Source of the DNA: Xylanibacter ruminicola 23
GTDB lineage: Bacteria; Bacteroidota; Bacteroidia; Bacteroidales; Bacteroidaceae
Reading direction: 5' to 3'
Length of the DNA stretch: 32,000 nucleotides
Assembly (NCBI RefSeq): GCF_000025925.1
Contig: NC_014033.1
Location: forward strand, 3,390,001-3,422,000
In this document: positions 1-11,290 of the stretch, one piece after another
How positions within the stretch are numbered: the first letter of the stretch is position 1
Layout: the number at the start of each line of letters is the position of its first letter
Program-made: the position numbers and the translations under genes
The notes under the pieces: model-generated
Seen by the model: the letters and a program-made list of their open reading frames with translations, nothing else
Database searches by the model: none
What the model was told of the DNA's origin: nothing

Positions 1-318
1 GGTGAGTCGATGAAGATGGGCGAGAACAGTCCTGAGGACGTGCTGTTGAACTCAAAGTTGGCTAAGGAACCTGATAAGTATCTCAGTCTGAGTGCCAATA
101 CCTATGTGGATAAGAACGATCCTCCTATCATCATCTTCCACGGTGAGAAGGATAACGTTGTGCCCTGCTGCCAGGGAAAGGCTTTCTTCGAGACGTTGAA
201 GGCTGCAGGAGTAAAGACCGAGGCTACCTTCGTTCCCGAAGGCAGTCATGGCGGACCAGCTATGTATGTAGAAGAAAACCTTCAGAAGATGGTGAATTTC
301 CTGAAGGCGCTCCTGTAA
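1..318 (+). CDS. alpha/beta-hydrolase fold esterase/peptidase, C-terminal fragment (5' end outside window)
   Basis: The frame is open from nt 1 to TAA 316-318. The tail PPIIIFHGEKDNVVP...FVPEGSHGG has the Asp-loop and catalytic-His context of alpha/beta-hydrolase C-termini. Confidence 0.6.
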   Translation, partial: GESMKMGENSPEDVLLNSKLAKEPDKYLSLSANTYVDKNDPPIIIFHGEKDNVVPCCQGKAFFETLKAAGVKTEATFVPEGSHGGPAMYVEENLQKMVNFLKALL

Positions 319-336
319 AATGACTATTCTTATAAC

Positions 337-373
337 AAGAAGTAGCTTTTCGCCATGCGAAAAGCTACTTCTT
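337..373. terminator. perfect 16-bp hairpin between convergent genes
   Basis: aagaagtagcttttcg (337-352) pairs with cgaaaagctacttctt (358-373) around a 5-nt loop. There is no clean U-tract on either side. Confidence 0.45.
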
Positions 374-384
374 GTTGGGTGATA

Positions 385-417
385 AGCTACTTTTCGATTA
401 GCGAAAAGTTACTTTTT
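385..417. terminator. second, related hairpin with T5 tail (likely terminator for the + strand esterase gene; lies 4 nt beyond the pullulanase stop)
   Basis: agctacttttcg (385-396) pairs with cgaaaagttact (402-413), 10 of 12 positions paired. The run ttttt (413-417) begins at the last stem base. Confidence 0.5.
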
Positions 418-420
418 GAT

Positions 421-2325
421 TTAGTCGTGGAGAATTAATGCCGACTGGGCATCTACGATGGCCTTGGAGCCTTTGAGGGTGCCGAGGCCATTCTCATTGA
501 TGGTGCCATCGCAGCATACGATGGTGTAGTGGCCATCAGGGATGGTGAGCTCCATGGGCTCCTTGTTGGCATTGAGCACCACGATGATGTTGCGCCAGTC
601 GTCGCGTCCTGCATAGTTCTTCAGACGGAAGGCTACCACACTCTCTGGAGCATCGATAAACTCCAGATGCTTGCGCACCAAGTCGGCATTGCCCAAACGG
701 AAAGCAGGATGATTCTTGCGCAACTGAATCAGGTTCTTATAATAATTGAACACCTGTGGATACTGCTTCAGGTTGTCCCAGTTGAGCTGATTGATGCTGT
801 CGGGCGACTCAAAGCTGTTGTGCACACCTTTCTTATTGCGCAGCAGCTCCTCGCCACTGAGCATGAAAGGCACGCCCTGTGAGGTGAACACGGCTGTCTG
901 TGCCAGCAGGTCGAGCTTGATCAGTTCCTCGGTGGTGATGCCTGGGATGCTGCTCTGCAGGCGATCCACCAGGCACATGTCGTCGTGACAGCTCACGTAG
1001 CTGATCATTTGCGTAGGCTCTGTGGCCCAAGGCTCCTTGCTGTAGTTCACCTTGGTCATATCCACCTGCGGATGACTGATGGCACCAGCGATACCGAACT
1101 TGATGCTCTCCTTATGGCCTGCCAAGCCAGCTAAGAATGCGGGCTGCTTATCGTCGCTGAACGGACCGCGCAAAGCATCGCGAATCTCATCGCTAAAGGC
1201 TGCGATAGTTGGCATCTGTGGGATGTTGGCCTTCATGCCCAACTGCTCGTTAGGAATAGCACAGGCACCAGCACTCCAACCCTCGCCATAAATAAAGATG
1301 GTGGGATCGATGTCGTTAACAGCCTTTCGGATGGCGTTCATCGTCTCGATGTCGTGAACGCCCATCAGATCGAAACGGAATCCATCGATATGGAATTCGT
1401 TAATCCAGTACTTCACGCTCTCAATCATGAACTGGCGCATCATGGGCTTTTCGGATGCAGTCTCGTTGCCACAGCCACTGCCGTTGCTGTACTGACCATC
1501 GGCTGTTTTGCGATAGAAATAGTCGGGATAGGTGCGCTGGAAGTTGGAGTGCTCGATGTCGTAGGTGTGGTTATACACCACGTCGAGAATCACGCGGATG
1601 CCAGCCTTGTGCAGCGCCTGCACCATCTGCTTGAACTCACGAATACGCACCTCGGGCTTGTAAGGATTGGTGGAATAGCCACCCTCGGGCACATTGTAGT
1701 TCACTGGATCGTAGCCCCAGTTGTACTTGTTGTCGCTCAGTCGTGTCTCATCCACTGAACCATAGTCGTAGCTGGGCAGGATATGCACAGCGTTGATACC
1801 CAACGACTTCAGATGGTCGATAGCCCAAGGCTCGGTGAGCGCCATGAACTTGCCTGGATACTGCGCATCCTGACGATTGATAGAGAAGTCGCGATGGTGC
1901 ATCTCGTAGATAATCAGATCTGCAGGCGATTTTGTGACAGGACGCTCATCACAGCACCAGTGCTCAGGATCGGTGCTGGCCATATTGATGATGGCGCCAC
2001 GCTTACCGTTGGCACCTACGGCCTTGGCAAAGACACCAGGGCACTCGCCCTTACCCATGTCGAAGGTGTAGAACTTTCCCATCAGGTCGCCCTTGATGGT
2101 AGCTGTCCAGCACTCGTTGCCAGTCTTCTGCATTTTTACGCGTTTGATGGCCTTGCCTCCTAGTCCGTCTTTATAGACACGGACAGTAATCTGCTTGGCA
2201 TCATTGGGTGCAAACAACTGGAACTTGGTTGCTTGAGGTGCATAGCTCACCTCTTTAAACGTCTGTGCTACTACCTGATGGGGTAGTAGCATAGACAACA
2301 ATCCTGCAAAAATCAATTTCTTCAT
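421..2325 (-). CDS. pulA: type I pullulanase, glycoside hydrolase family 13, secreted
   Basis: Signal peptide MKKLIFAGLLSMLLPHQVVAQ. Pullulanase motif YNWGYDP. GH13 regions VILDVVYNHT, GFRFDLMG, YGEGW and YVSCHDD. Confidence 0.92.
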   Translation of the reverse strand: MKKLIFAGLLSMLLPHQVVAQTFKEVSYAPQATKFQLFAPNDAKQITVRVYKDGLGGKAIKRVKMQKTGNECWTATIKGDLMGKFYTFDMGKGECPGVFAKAVGANGKRGAIINMASTDPEHWCCDERPVTKSPADLIIYEMHHRDFSINRQDAQYPGKFMALTEPWAIDHLKSLGINAVHILPSYDYGSVDETRLSDNKYNWGYDPVNYNVPEGGYSTNPYKPEVRIREFKQMVQALHKAGIRVILDVVYNHTYDIEHSNFQRTYPDYFYRKTADGQYSNGSGCGNETASEKPMMRQFMIESVKYWINEFHIDGFRFDLMGVHDIETMNAIRKAVNDIDPTIFIYGEGWSAGACAIPNEQLGMKANIPQMPTIAAFSDEIRDALRGPFSDDKQPAFLAGLAGHKESIKFGIAGAISHPQVDMTKVNYSKEPWATEPTQMISYVSCHDDMCLVDRLQSSIPGITTEELIKLDLLAQTAVFTSQGVPFMLSGEELLRNKKGVHNSFESPDSINQLNWDNLKQYPQVFNYYKNLIQLRKNHPAFRLGNADLVRKHLEFIDAPESVVAFRLKNYAGRDDWRNIIVVLNANKEPMELTIPDGHYTIVCCDGTINENGLGTLKGSKAIVDAQSALILHD

Positions 2326-2328
2326 GCT

Positions 2329-4542
<2,214 letters not shown>

Positions 4543-7221
4543 TTATTTTCTTCCGCTTTGAATAATTAATGTGCTGATTTCGTTATTGAAGTCGTCGGCC
4601 TGCAGCAACTGCTCGATAGTGAGGTGCATGCGATAACGCCAGTAGTGGCGTGGATTGGCCGGGATGTTGATGCGCTCGGCATTCTGGTCGGGAAGGCGAA
4701 GGCCCTCGTCGATGCTCAGCCAATCCTGCAATGACAGCAGACAGAGCATAGAGGGCGATGTGAGATGACGACTCACAATGTCCTTTGCCAACCAACCAGG
4801 CAGTGGGTGTGGAGCTGCACCACCACGACGTAAAGTGGTGTTATAGTAAGTCTGTGTCTGCTCCTCGTCCTCGTCCCACCATTGGCGCAATGTTGACATA
4901 TCGTGGGTAGAGATGGTATCTACCGAGCGATAGGGGTTGTGCGACAGTTTGCCGAAGCGTGTAGTCGGATCCTTTGGCATCGACTGGATTTCGAGGCTCA
5001 GGATGCGCAGTTCGTTCATCACCCAGGGTACGCAATCGGGCACCATACCCAGGTCTTCGGCACATACCAGCATGCGTGTGGCCTGTGTCAAACGTGGCAT
5101 CTTCTTCATCGCTTCGGTGTACCAGAACTGGTTGTTGCGGCGATAGAAGTAGTCGTTGTACAAACGATTGAACACGAACTTATCGTTGTCCCAAAGGGCC
5201 TCGTAGATAAAGTCGTTCTGCACACCGATGCGTGGGTGGAACTTGTCCTTGTTCTTGCGATCGCGCACAAAGAGCACATCGCTGATGAGGGCATATAGAC
5301 CATCGCGCAGATTCAGATCAGCCTCGTCGGTCTTGCCCTTGAATACGGCTTCAACCTTACGCTGGGTGTCGTATTCGGGCTTCATCTGCCAGATATCGTC
5401 GTGAGCATGATCCAGGAAGGTGTCCTTCACGTACTGAGCACGCTCGCCAAATATGCGCTCCAAAGTCCAGTCGGCAATGAATGGCTTGGTGAACAGCTCT
5501 TCCTGGAAGTGCAGACCGTAGGCTTCGATTTCCTCGCGGGTCATACCCAGTGAGGGCGAGAACTGACCTAACAAACCGTGAACGGCATCGATAGGTATTT
5601 CCCAAATGCGGAAGAAACCTAACACGTGGTCGATGCGATAGGCATCGAAGTACTCTGCCATCTTGCGGAAACGGCGAACCCACCAAGAGCAGCCGTCTTC
5701 AAGCATGGCATCCCAGTTGTAGGTGGGGAAGCCCCAGTTCTGTCCGTTAGCCGAGAATGCATCGGGTGGTGCACCGGCCTGTCCGTTCAGGTTAAAGTAC
5801 TTGGGCTCTACCCAAGCCTCTACACCATCGCGACTGATGCCGATGGGGATATCGCCCTTCAAAACCACGCGCTTCTTGCGGGCATAAGCATGGGCGGCAC
5901 GCATCTGCTGATCGAGGTTGAACTGTACATAGTACCAGAAGGCCACCTCTTTATATAACTTAGTTGTTGACTTGCTCATGGCCTCGCGCTCGCTGTCGGG
6001 CAACTCATGATGGTCGGGCCAGTCTTGGAATGTGGCTGTGCCGTATAGATCACGGTAATGACAGAAAGCGGCATAAGGTACCAGCCACTCCTTATTCTGT
6101 TCGAAGAACTGCTTGAAGGCTGCCGTCTTCATGGTCTTGGCACCTTCCTGAGCATAGATGGCACGCAGATACTCCATCTTGGCATTGTTTACACGCTCAT
6201 AGTCGATTTGTGGTAGGGCGTTCAGCGATTTACGCAGAACCTCGTACTCCTGGCGCAGTTTTTCGTCTTTCAGCTGTGGCAGCTGGCGCAAATCGGTGTA
6301 TTGCGGATGCAGTGCATAGATGCTGATAGAGTTGTAGGGATATGAATCCTGCCAGGTGTGGGTGATATTGGTATCGTTGATGGGCAGCACTTGCAGTACG
6401 CGCTGCTTGGTCTTGTCGCACCAGTCAATCATCAGCTTCAGGTCGCCGAAGTCGCCAACACCAAAGCTGCCCTCACTGCGTAATGAGAAGATAGGGATAA
6501 CGGTACCGGCACCCTTCCAAGGATAGACAGGGAAGTAGGCCTGCGACAGTTCATAGACAACGACCTCGCCATCTGCTATTTCCGGTAGCTCAACGGTACG
6601 GTTCATACCGTTCTCCCACAATGGAGTGACATCTACCTCTTCGTCGAGGGCCACGAATTTGAACTCGATGGTACGAGGGAGTTTGTCGGCGTCAAGACTG
6701 ATCACCCATTCGTTGTTCTCGTGCTCAGCCATGTCGATGGCACGCTTTGCCTCCCAGTTTCCTAAGGTCTCGCCGCCACCAATCAGTGCCAGGCGCTCGT
6801 TGTTGCGCAGCTGTGGGGCACGAACCTTCAGACGTACGGTCTTGCCATAGGATGTAAGGTTGCTCATTTTTTGTGTACGGGCGGCCACACATTCGGTAAA
6901 AGCAGTCGAGTACATATACGAATCCTCTGGGATATCAATCCAGTGGTCGTAAACCATATAACGGGCTCCCTTGGCTGCAGCAAACTCCAAACGGTGTGGA
7001 ATAACCAGCCACTCGTGACGCTGCTCATGGTCGCCGCGCATCACGGTATAATAATAGTCGATGTGGGCAGCCGATTTCTCTGCCTTATTCATTTCGCACA
7101 TCCAGTGCAGCCCATCCAGGGTTGTCATCTTGTGCTCTTCCGTCTTGCCATCCGTTAGGATGTTCAGTGCCAGCTCTTCGCCGAAGATAGTCTGGTACTC
7201 CAGGTTGAAAGTGATCTTCAT
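4543..7221 (-). CDS. malQ: 4-alpha-glucanotransferase (GH77) with N-terminal starch-binding (CBM20-like) modules
   Basis: GH77 motifs YRIDHVLGFFRIWEIP, VCAEDLGMVP, STHDMSTLRQWW and NWGFPTYNW. The 892-aa length is typical of the Bacteroidota long form. The stop directly abuts the GH97 ATG. Confidence 0.92.
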   Translation of the reverse strand: MKITFNLEYQTIFGEELALNILTDGKTEEHKMTTLDGLHWMCEMNKAEKSAAHIDYYYTVMRGDHEQRHEWLVIPHRLEFAAAKGARYMVYDHWIDIPEDSYMYSTAFTECVAARTQKMSNLTSYGKTVRLKVRAPQLRNNERLALIGGGETLGNWEAKRAIDMAEHENNEWVISLDADKLPRTIEFKFVALDEEVDVTPLWENGMNRTVELPEIADGEVVVYELSQAYFPVYPWKGAGTVIPIFSLRSEGSFGVGDFGDLKLMIDWCDKTKQRVLQVLPINDTNITHTWQDSYPYNSISIYALHPQYTDLRQLPQLKDEKLRQEYEVLRKSLNALPQIDYERVNNAKMEYLRAIYAQEGAKTMKTAAFKQFFEQNKEWLVPYAAFCHYRDLYGTATFQDWPDHHELPDSEREAMSKSTTKLYKEVAFWYYVQFNLDQQMRAAHAYARKKRVVLKGDIPIGISRDGVEAWVEPKYFNLNGQAGAPPDAFSANGQNWGFPTYNWDAMLEDGCSWWVRRFRKMAEYFDAYRIDHVLGFFRIWEIPIDAVHGLLGQFSPSLGMTREEIEAYGLHFQEELFTKPFIADWTLERIFGERAQYVKDTFLDHAHDDIWQMKPEYDTQRKVEAVFKGKTDEADLNLRDGLYALISDVLFVRDRKNKDKFHPRIGVQNDFIYEALWDNDKFVFNRLYNDYFYRRNNQFWYTEAMKKMPRLTQATRMLVCAEDLGMVPDCVPWVMNELRILSLEIQSMPKDPTTRFGKLSHNPYRSVDTISTHDMSTLRQWWDEDEEQTQTYYNTTLRRGGAAPHPLPGWLAKDIVSRHLTSPSMLCLLSLQDWLSIDEGLRLPDQNAERINIPANPRHYWRYRMHLTIEQLLQADDFNNEISTLIIQSGRK

Positions 7222-7247
7222 ACCAACTTGCTTTTAGTTATTTTTGG

Positions 7248-7255
7248 CAAAAGTA
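7248..7255 (-). promoter_or_regulatory. Bacteroidota -7 promoter box (TActTTTG) for the malQ operon
   Basis: The reverse complement of caaaagta is tacttttg, which matches TAnnTTTG. It lies 26 nt upstream of the malQ ATG (7221). Confidence 0.55.
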
Positions 7256-7287
7256 CAAAAATAACCCGTTCGGTGTTTCCAAACGGG
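7256..7287 (-). terminator. rho-independent terminator of the histidine-kinase gene
   Basis: On the minus strand the stem cccgtt/aacggg (7265-7270 / 7282-7287) has 2 extra inner pairs. It is followed by ttattttt (reverse complement of 7257-7264). Confidence 0.6.
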
Positions 7288-7308
7288 CTTGTAATTGATA
7301 GTTTCTCG

Positions 7309-7324
7309 ATGCAAACGATTGCAT
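7309..7324. promoter_or_regulatory. LacI/PurR-type palindrome ATGCAA-ACGA-TTGCAT nested in a larger hairpin (7301-7333)
   Basis: tgcaaacgattgca (7310-7323) matches the TGnAAnCGnTTnCA class in 13 of 14 symmetric positions. An outer stem gtttct/agaaac flanks it. Confidence 0.3.
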
Positions 7325-7338
7325 GCAAGAAACTCTGC

Positions 7339-8991
7339 TTATCGGGGGAGTGTCATGACGAATCTGGCGCCAGGATTGAAGTCGGTATCCAGTTGTATAT
7401 CGCCTCCCATTCGGCGGGCCATACTACGTGCTACGGTTAGTCCGATACCAGTGCCTTCGTAATAGGCGTCGAGCTGTACAAACTCGTCGAAGATGTGCTC
7501 AGCTTCCTTGGCTGGAACGCCTATACCATTGTCTTCGATTGCGAACTGTACACTGCTGGGCAGGGCCTCTATATGCAGTTTTACATGTTGATCGGCACTT
7601 TTTGCACTGAATTTGCGCGCATTGTCGAGTAACAAAGTCAGGGCACGAACAGCTGCCTGCATATTTGTCTTCAGTAGAATCTTCTCTACCTCAGGCTGTA
7701 TCTCCAGATCAAACGTCAGTGAGGGATTATCGGCAATCATACTCTTGGCGATGGCCTCGCTGGCAATCTTGTTAGGCGATACCTTATCGGTTCGCTCAAT
7801 CACGTTGCGACTGTTGGCATCGCTCAGTTCCAACATCTTGTTAACCAGACCGGTAATACGTTCGGTATTGGTTACAATGTCGTTGGCAATCTGCTTCTTC
7901 TCGTCCTCGCCTAACTCTAAGTCTGGAGTGGTGAGTATCTGTGTAAAGCCACTCAGGATATTCAATGGGGTACGTATCTCGTGCGAAATCTGTTGGATAA
8001 AGTGGGTCTTCATCTTCGATGATTCCTCAGCTCTGGCTGTGGCCTCTATCAACTGGTGGTTGGTTTGCTCCAACTCCATGTGGCTCATTTCCAAGATGTT
8101 GTAGTTGGTTTCTAACATAGCGTTAGTGAACTGCAACTTGCGGCGAGAGCGATAGAGGGTAAAGATATAAAGTGAGATGAGTGCCAGGATGATTATAACA
8201 CTTAGATACCAGATCCACATGGGCACACCATGATGACTAACGCCTTCCTTGATTTCCGAGCCATATATCTTGTCAACCAGTCCTTCGCTGTCCATCTTGG
8301 CTATCTCCAGACTGATGGCGTCGATCAGCTCCTTGTTGTGGCCTACATAGCAGTATTCGCGTGGCTGTAGCGAAATCTCCTCTCGAGCCAGACTCTCGAG
8401 GCCGTAATGATCGATAAAGTATTTGGCCTGATAACGGTAGCAGATAATGGCATCGTAACGGCCGTTTGCCAGTTCGCGGAACGACTGGTCGAGATCGTTA
8501 ACTTTTACGCAAGTACCACCTTCGCGCTCCACCAGTTCGGAAATATGGCGTGAGTTCAGGAAGGCAAATGTCTTACCTTTCAGGTTACGGAAGTCAAACG
8601 TCTTGTAGTCGCTTTTACGATACACCACCTGGTAGTACAGACGGAAGATAGGACGCGAATAATAGATGGTATCCTTGCGATAGGATGAGTAAACCATCAT
8701 CGCCAGATCGGTATCGCCGTTAAGCACCGAGGTGGCCACCTTGTTCCACAGGTTGGGCACATAATAGTATTTGATACCCATACGCTTCATCAACTCGCGT
8801 GTAAAGTCGATGTCGTAACCATGGGGAAGTCCGTCTTTATCTACCGATTGCAGTGGGGCATAGTTGGCATCCAGACCAATGGTAATCTGGTCTGTAGGTG
8901 GCACGAATGCTATTGCTCGCATAGATATACTGCATAGAGTTGTTATCAACAACCCTACAATCCAGTATCTGTCTAGTCTCAATTTAATCAC
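7339..8991 (-). CDS. sensor histidine kinase with periplasmic solute-binding (SBP_bac_3-like) domain
   Basis: The N-terminal part (ITIGLDANYAPL...DGLPHGYDIDF...) resembles amino-acid-type SBP family 3. TM segment VPMWIWYLSVIIILALISLYIF. H-box ISHEIRTPLN, N-box LLLDNARKFS, G-boxes IEDNGIGV and GTGIGLTVARS. Confidence 0.88.
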   Translation of the reverse strand: MIKLRLDRYWIVGLLITTLCSISMRAIAFVPPTDQITIGLDANYAPLQSVDKDGLPHGYDIDFTRELMKRMGIKYYYVPNLWNKVATSVLNGDTDLAMMVYSSYRKDTIYYSRPIFRLYYQVVYRKSDYKTFDFRNLKGKTFAFLNSRHISELVEREGGTCVKVNDLDQSFRELANGRYDAIICYRYQAKYFIDHYGLESLAREEISLQPREYCYVGHNKELIDAISLEIAKMDSEGLVDKIYGSEIKEGVSHHGVPMWIWYLSVIIILALISLYIFTLYRSRRKLQFTNAMLETNYNILEMSHMELEQTNHQLIEATARAEESSKMKTHFIQQISHEIRTPLNILSGFTQILTTPDLELGEDEKKQIANDIVTNTERITGLVNKMLELSDANSRNVIERTDKVSPNKIASEAIAKSMIADNPSLTFDLEIQPEVEKILLKTNMQAAVRALTLLLDNARKFSAKSADQHVKLHIEALPSSVQFAIEDNGIGVPAKEAEHIFDEFVQLDAYYEGTGIGLTVARSMARRMGGDIQLDTDFNPGARFVMTLPR

Positions 8992-9027
8992 GTGTATTTG
9001 TTTTATTAATATAAGTTCTTAATCTTC

Positions 9028-11169
9028 TTAATCATCAGCCAGCGTAAAGTCTAACTGCTTGCGCTCCAGATTGGCACGGGCTACCTGAATACGTATGGGG
9101 TCGCCCAACTGGTACTTGGTGTGATGACGACGACCTACAATCATGTAGTTCTTCTCGTCGAAGTCGTAGTAGTCGTTACCCAGGTCGCGAATAGGTATCA
9201 TTCCTTCACAGTGGGTCTCGTCAATCTGGGCATAGATACCGTACGACTGGATGCCGCTGATATGTGCATCGTAGGTATTACCAATCTTGTCGGCCATAAA
9301 CTCTACCATCTTGTACTTGATAGAGTCGCGCTCAGCATTCATGGATATCTGCTCCATGTCGCTGCAGTGCTCGCAGAACTCCTCGTACTTATCCTTGTTG
9401 GCCGAACGGGCACCATCCTGATACTTGGTAAGCAGACGGTGAACCATCATGTCGGGATAACGACGGATGGGTGAAGTGAAGTGCGTGTAGTAGTCGAATG
9501 CAAGTCCATAGTGACCGATATTGTGTACGCTATACTTGGCTTTCATCATGGCACGCAAAGCAACAGTCTCAATGGCATTCTGCTCGCGTGTACCTTCGGC
9601 CTGCGACATCAGGGCGTTAAGCGACTTGGTGATAGCACCCTTGGTACCGGCAGTTTTTACCTTATAGCCGAACTTAGCCACAAACTCGCGCAGATTCTCC
9701 AGCTTCTGTGGATCTGGTTGGTCGTGAATACGGTAGGGCAGCGTCTTTGCTTTAACACCCTTCTTCACGCGACCGATACTTTCGGCCACCGTTTTATTGG
9801 CCAGCAGCATGAATTCCTCAATCAGCTTGTTGGCATCTTTCGACACCTTGAAGTAGGCGCGGATAGGTTTGCCAGTCTCGTCGATATCAAAGTGCAACTC
9901 CTCGCGGTCGAACTTTACACTACCGTTCTTGAATCGGGCTTCGCGCAGTTTCTTGGCCAGCGCATCGAGCTTCAACAGGAATTCGGCGTTTTCGCCTTTT
10001 CCCTCTTCAATAATCTGTTGAACCTCTTCGTAGGCATAGCGACGGTCGCTCTTAATCACGGTGTGTGCCAGATGCCAATCCTTGATGTTTGCCTCGTCGT
10101 CCATCTTGAAGATAACGCTGTAGCACAGTTTTTCCTCGTCGGGGCGCAGCGAACAGATAAAGTTACACAAACGCTCGGGCAGCATAGGGATGGTACGATC
10201 CACCAGATAGATACTGGTGGCACGTGCATATGCTTCCTTGTCGATGGTTGAACCCTCTTTTACGTAGTGTGATACATCGGCGATGTGTACGCCAACCTCC
10301 CAAAGACCTTTGTCTGTCTTCCTGATACTCAGGGCATCGTCGAAGTCCTTGGCATCCTTGGGGTCGATGGTGCATGTGAATACATCGCGGAAGTCCTCAC
10401 GGCGAGCAATCTCCTCTGGGGTGATAGCTGCGTCGATCTTCTCGGCAGCCTCTTCTACGTTCTTGGGATACTTATAAGGCAGATTATACTGTGCCAGGAT
10501 GGCGTGCATCTCAGCATTGTTTTCACCTGTCTTACCCAGAATATCGATGACCTGACCGATGATGTTCTTATGGTCCTGATCGGGCCACTGGATAATCTTT
10601 ACTACAGCCTTGTCGTCGGTCTTACCTCCCTTCAGCTTACGCTTAGGGATAATGATATCGTGAACAATCGTAGAGTCGGCTGTTACCAGGAAGGCTATAT
10701 CCTTTTCAACGCGCAGCTTACCAACGATCGTGTCGTGGGCTCGCTTCACAATCTCGATAACCATTGCCTCTTTGATATGCTTATCGCGGCGCGCCATAAG
10801 TGATACCTTTACATGGTCGCCATCCATAGCCGACATCGAGTTACGTTCGGCCACAAACACAGGTGTACCACCATCATCAGGCACAAACGAGTTACGTCCG
10901 TTAGCTTTTCTATGGAAGATACCTTCCTGTACCTGAGTCTTCAGGTTTAGTTTGTAGGAGTTGTCGCTCACTTTCAGCAGGAAATCATCCCACGCCATCT
11001 CCTCCATCACATCGATGGCCAGCATCTTGAGAGGATGAGTGTCGAGTTTCAACACCTTGAATATTTGTTTGAACGAGAATGTTTCGTTAGGATTATGTTG
11101 AAACAGGTTCTGTAGTAGTTCGCTTACCTGCTTCTTTCCTAAACGTTTTCCACCTTTCTTCTTACCCAT
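9028..11169 (-). CDS. rnr: ribonuclease R (3'-5' exoribonuclease, RNB + S1 domains)
   Basis: RNB motifs DPKDAKDFDDALS, HIADVSHYV and YLVDRTIPMLPERL. C-terminal S1 domain GIQSYGIYAQIDETHCEGMIPIRDL. The start was moved to MGKKKGGKRLGKK (ATG 11169) because a -7 box (11198-11205) lies inside the longer ORF that runs to 11220. Confidence 0.9.
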   Translation of the reverse strand: MGKKKGGKRLGKKQVSELLQNLFQHNPNETFSFKQIFKVLKLDTHPLKMLAIDVMEEMAWDDFLLKVSDNSYKLNLKTQVQEGIFHRKANGRNSFVPDDGGTPVFVAERNSMSAMDGDHVKVSLMARRDKHIKEAMVIEIVKRAHDTIVGKLRVEKDIAFLVTADSTIVHDIIIPKRKLKGGKTDDKAVVKIIQWPDQDHKNIIGQVIDILGKTGENNAEMHAILAQYNLPYKYPKNVEEAAEKIDAAITPEEIARREDFRDVFTCTIDPKDAKDFDDALSIRKTDKGLWEVGVHIADVSHYVKEGSTIDKEAYARATSIYLVDRTIPMLPERLCNFICSLRPDEEKLCYSVIFKMDDEANIKDWHLAHTVIKSDRRYAYEEVQQIIEEGKGENAEFLLKLDALAKKLREARFKNGSVKFDREELHFDIDETGKPIRAYFKVSKDANKLIEEFMLLANKTVAESIGRVKKGVKAKTLPYRIHDQPDPQKLENLREFVAKFGYKVKTAGTKGAITKSLNALMSQAEGTREQNAIETVALRAMMKAKYSVHNIGHYGLAFDYYTHFTSPIRRYPDMMVHRLLTKYQDGARSANKDKYEEFCEHCSDMEQISMNAERDSIKYKMVEFMADKIGNTYDAHISGIQSYGIYAQIDETHCEGMIPIRDLGNDYYDFDEKNYMIVGRRHHTKYQLGDPIRIQVARANLERKQLDFTLADD

Positions 11170-11197
11170 AGCTTGTTTTCTTTTTTCTTTCTGCCTG

Positions 11198-11205
11198 CAA
11201 AGATA
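11198..11205 (-). promoter_or_regulatory. -7 promoter box (TAtcTTTG) for rnr
   Basis: The reverse complement of caaagata is tatctttg. It lies 28 nt upstream of ATG 11169. Confidence 0.55.
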
Positions 11206-11215
11206 AGAAAAAAAA

Positions 11216-11290
11216 GGCACGGATTACACGGATTGACACAGATTTTTTCGTAAAATAGTTAAAATCCGTGTAATCCGTGTAATCCGTGCC
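11216..11290. repeat. long inverted repeat made of tandem 9-mers (CACGGATTA / AATCCGTGT)
   Basis: The left arm ggcacggattacacggattgacacagatttt (11216-11246) pairs with the reverse complement of aaaatccgtgtaatccgtgtaatccgtgcc (11261-11290). The first 19 nt pair perfectly, followed by 1 bulge and 1 mismatch, around a 14-nt loop. A8 lies on the left flank. Confidence 0.85.

Noticed and set aside
11170-11220. N-terminal extensions offered by the ORF track for rnr (to 11220), manC (to 15462), the CoA-transferase (from 17825), pdxS (from 26805), GH2 (to 30835), HIT (TTG 13906), pdxT (GTG 27733) and ThiD-AraC (from 25913).
   Set aside because: The extensions contain the predicted -7 promoter box, overlap the preceding gene, or use non-ATG codons. 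They also add residues not found at the N-termini of these families. The internal ATGs give canonical N-termini or signal peptides.
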